A DNA stretch of 63,753 nt, the filler included, from Globobulimina sp. (lineage: Eukaryota), in assembly GCA_003354225.1 (NCBI GenBank). It is 49 parts of 49 records of this genome, joined end to end, with 100 filler letters (N's around TTAATTAATTAA, not from the genome) between each part and the next. Parts side by side here need not be neighbours in the genome. Positions count along the whole stretch, not along the records: positions 61,250 to 62,451 come from PIVH01021080.1; positions 62,552 to 63,753 come from PIVH01021081.1; 47 more parts are not named here. One strand, given 5' to 3'. Below are positions 61,250-63,753 of this stretch, piece after piece. How positions within the stretch are numbered: position 1 is the first letter of the stretch; each line of letters opens with the position of its first letter. The position numbers were made by a program, and so were the translations under genes. The notes under the pieces were generated by a model. That model was not told the DNA's origin, made no database searches, and worked only from the letters and a program-made list of their open reading frames with translations.

Positions 61250-62287
61250 CCGTTGATGTACTGCAATATGAGGGGACTGGGTCAAATCGGCCGCTTTCTT
61301 ATATGATAAATTATTGTCAGAATAATCGCAATTAACCAGGTCCAAATTGCATTGATTCAAACTGGAGTCATTTAAAGCGTCGAAGCATAAATCGGCAAAA
61401 TCAGGATTGTGATTGCTTAAAAACGTATCTTTCAAATGCTTTTTCTGAATTTCTCTCTCATTTAAAATCGGAGATAGATTCGCATCAAATAACTGATTAT
61501 TAATATTGCCAAAAATGACGGAGTCTGTAAGGTGTGATGGGTCATTGATAGGTAAATTGTTGAATAATATCGCATTTTTATCTTCGATGTGCAGCAAATC
61601 ATCATTAAAAGCGCTAAAGGTTGATCTTTGTGAACGGGGAGGTTTGTCAAAGCAAACTGAATTAGTCATTTCAGGTACAATGGCAGTCCGCATTTGATCA
61701 TACATAGGGACGGCTTCAGCGGGCATTGCATTCCTAGCCACCATATCGAGCCATAACTGTTGGCGACGCTCCATATCGGATATAAATGCTGCATTGCTAT
61801 TACACGAAATGACTGAATGATGAATCTCAGACTGGACATCCTCGATCTCCATTAATCCACGAATTTCATTGACAGCAGAGTCAACGGACTGGGATAACAG
61901 CAAATTATCCACAAACGAATTATTAATTGGAGGGCTCATAATGATTGGAGATCGATGGGGATCATATGGATCGAATAAATGATTGTTAACATCAATAGAT
62001 GGGGCTGGAGGAGTACTGGGTAGCGGGGGAAGCGGCAATGGAGCGATTACAGCACCATCCAAAGCTTCGCGTAGTTCATTGATAGGCACATCAAAGAGAT
62101 TAACAATGTCAATATCATTATTAATAACAAATTGCTGCAGCTGCATAATATTATGGTTATAATTGGACATTGCTATCGTCTCTGCATCAATCATTTTTTG
62201 GTCAACCTTATTTTTAAAGTCCGACGTAAATGTATTTAATTTCTTGAAATCCGTAATACCATTCAAACCATTAATAATTGAACACAT
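61250..62287 (-). CDS. Hypothetical protein, 3' partial
   Basis: Intronless open frame of more than 340 aa with a Pro-rich segment; no recognisable motif. Confidence 0.5.
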
Positions 62288-62844
62288 CTGACTTTGATAA
62301 AATTTCTCAAATTCACATAATTTTGCTTCACATTTTTTTTTAAAGGAGAGGGAAAACTGTGCTTTAGAACTTGTGTTAATTAAAGTCGGGGGTTGGCATC
62401 TCTTCGGCTTGTCTCCTTAAAGGATTTAACGGCCAACACTTCCCCCCAACANNNNNNNNNNNNNNNNNNNNNNNNNNNNNNNNNNNNNNNNNNNNTTAAT
62501 TAATTAANNNNNNNNNNNNNNNNNNNNNNNNNNNNNNNNNNNNNNNNNNNNATGTAATTGAATGTTTTTGTATGAAAATAAATCTTTTTGATAGTTGTTG
62601 TTTCAATTTTCAAAAGTAATGTATAATGTGATGCATTTTCAAAAGTAATGTATAAATGTGATGCATTTTCAAATGTAATGTAATTTAGAATATGTACCCA
62701 AATAAAGACATGTGTAAGCAGAAATTTGCAAACAGAAAACGTAAATACTTTGAATTTGAAACTTATCCAATACTGGTTTTTCATAAAACATGTTTTTTTG
62801 GCCCAATTTCATGATCTCCCAATTCCCGAAAATTCTGCCCCCAA

Positions 62845-62893
62845 GGCTAGGGGGGGTTAGGCCGGTGCTCAGGGGGCAGCCCCCCCCCTAGCC
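62845..62893. repeat. GC-rich inverted repeat
   Basis: GGCTAG-G-run ... C-run-TAGCC. Confidence 0.6.
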
Positions 62894-63132
62894 GCTCCCC
62901 ATGCGCAGGTCTGGGTAAACCCCCTACCACACATATGCCAGATTTCCATTATTGATGTCATCTGGTACATACAGGATATTACACCTTTAAACACTGTACT
63001 GTGGCTGTATGTACTGATCAATTATTTAGGTCCAATAGATGGCCGAAAAATAGACGACGGAATTGTGGTAATTGCAAAAGATGTGGTCAAAAATGTAGTA
63101 ACCAATGTTGTTGATAAAGAGGAGTGGTCGCG

Positions 63133-63225
63133 GAAAGTTCTGGAAGACGCAGAAAAGGCAGTCGAGGAAGAAGAGGAAAAAGTTCTGGAAGAGGAAGAAG
63201 AGGAAAAAGTTCTGGAGAAGGAGGA
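63133..63225 (+). repeat. Glu-rich coding tandem repeat
   Basis: GAGGAAGAAGAGGAAAAAGTTCTGGA units encoding EEEEEKVLE. Confidence 0.75.
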
Positions 63226-63753
63226 AACGCCAAAAAAATGTCCATACGTAAGTGCCAACTGTTGCTTTTTCTGCAAATATGTATAATAATGTTAAAACAC
63301 ACCAGCTTGCTCAAAGATACTGTAGGTTGCATTGCAAAATCTGTTTCGATTTCACTTCAAAGTAGATTAATTTTTCCCGTTTCAGAGTTACGACGATTAT
63401 GAAGAAGATAGAAAAAAACGAAAGCGTTTGTATTCGGAAGTGAATGTTGATGTCAGTGAAGTTGGAGATGTTGAAGCTTTGCCGGTTGGAGTGAAACATC
63501 ATAATGGACGAGTAAGTACATAATAACCTTTGGGTTGGGTTTGACTGTTATGTCACAGCAGACATGTTCAACATCAAAGATCATAGTGGGGGATGGGCTG
63601 GAAAGGTGGCTTCCTACCCCAATGAAGTCTACACCTACAGTACATTGTATATTGTAGATATCGAGATACAGTGTATGAGATAAACCGCAATAGTGATAGT
63701 GAATAGAAGAGTTACAAGAAATAATTATATGTACAATGTCAGTCAAGATTGTT

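Overview
This window is not one locus. It is 49 unrelated, length-sorted contigs of about 1.2 kb joined by an artificial 100-nt spacer (N44-TTAATTAATTAA-N44, stops in all six frames), so adjacency across spacers carries no meaning. Most contigs are AT-rich eukaryotic DNA with short GT-AG introns (about 50-135 nt). Their gene families suggest a foraminiferan or other rhizarian protist; that assignment is an inference. Minor components are one bacterial contig, two short GC-rich bacterial chimeric tips and a few contigs that look metazoan- or virus-like. Fold-back and inversion junctions suggest whole-genome amplification. Recognisable genes: TBC Rab-GAP, two VIT/vWA proteins, phospholipase B-like, sulfotransferase, P450, SAC3/GANP, GRAB golgin, AGC kinase, clathrin heavy chain, USP, histones H4 and H2A. 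Mobile elements: DIRS RT-RNase H, a tyrosine recombinase, LINE RT, Helitron, Harbinger-type transposase and a foldback element. The best leads are (1) a single-pass transmembrane protein with a cytoplasmic caspase-like domain, possibly linked to an expanded family of Cys-motif surface proteins; (2) an intact DYW-type deaminase domain; (3) a protein with tandem dynein microtubule-binding stalk modules and no motor in the sequenced part; (4) a DIRS-Gag-like zinc knuckle joined to Tudor-knot and SAP domains; (5) a metazoan-type histone 3' stem-loop beside a divergent H4; and (6) a candidate bacterial structured RNA. All family calls are by-eye motif recognition; no database searches were run.
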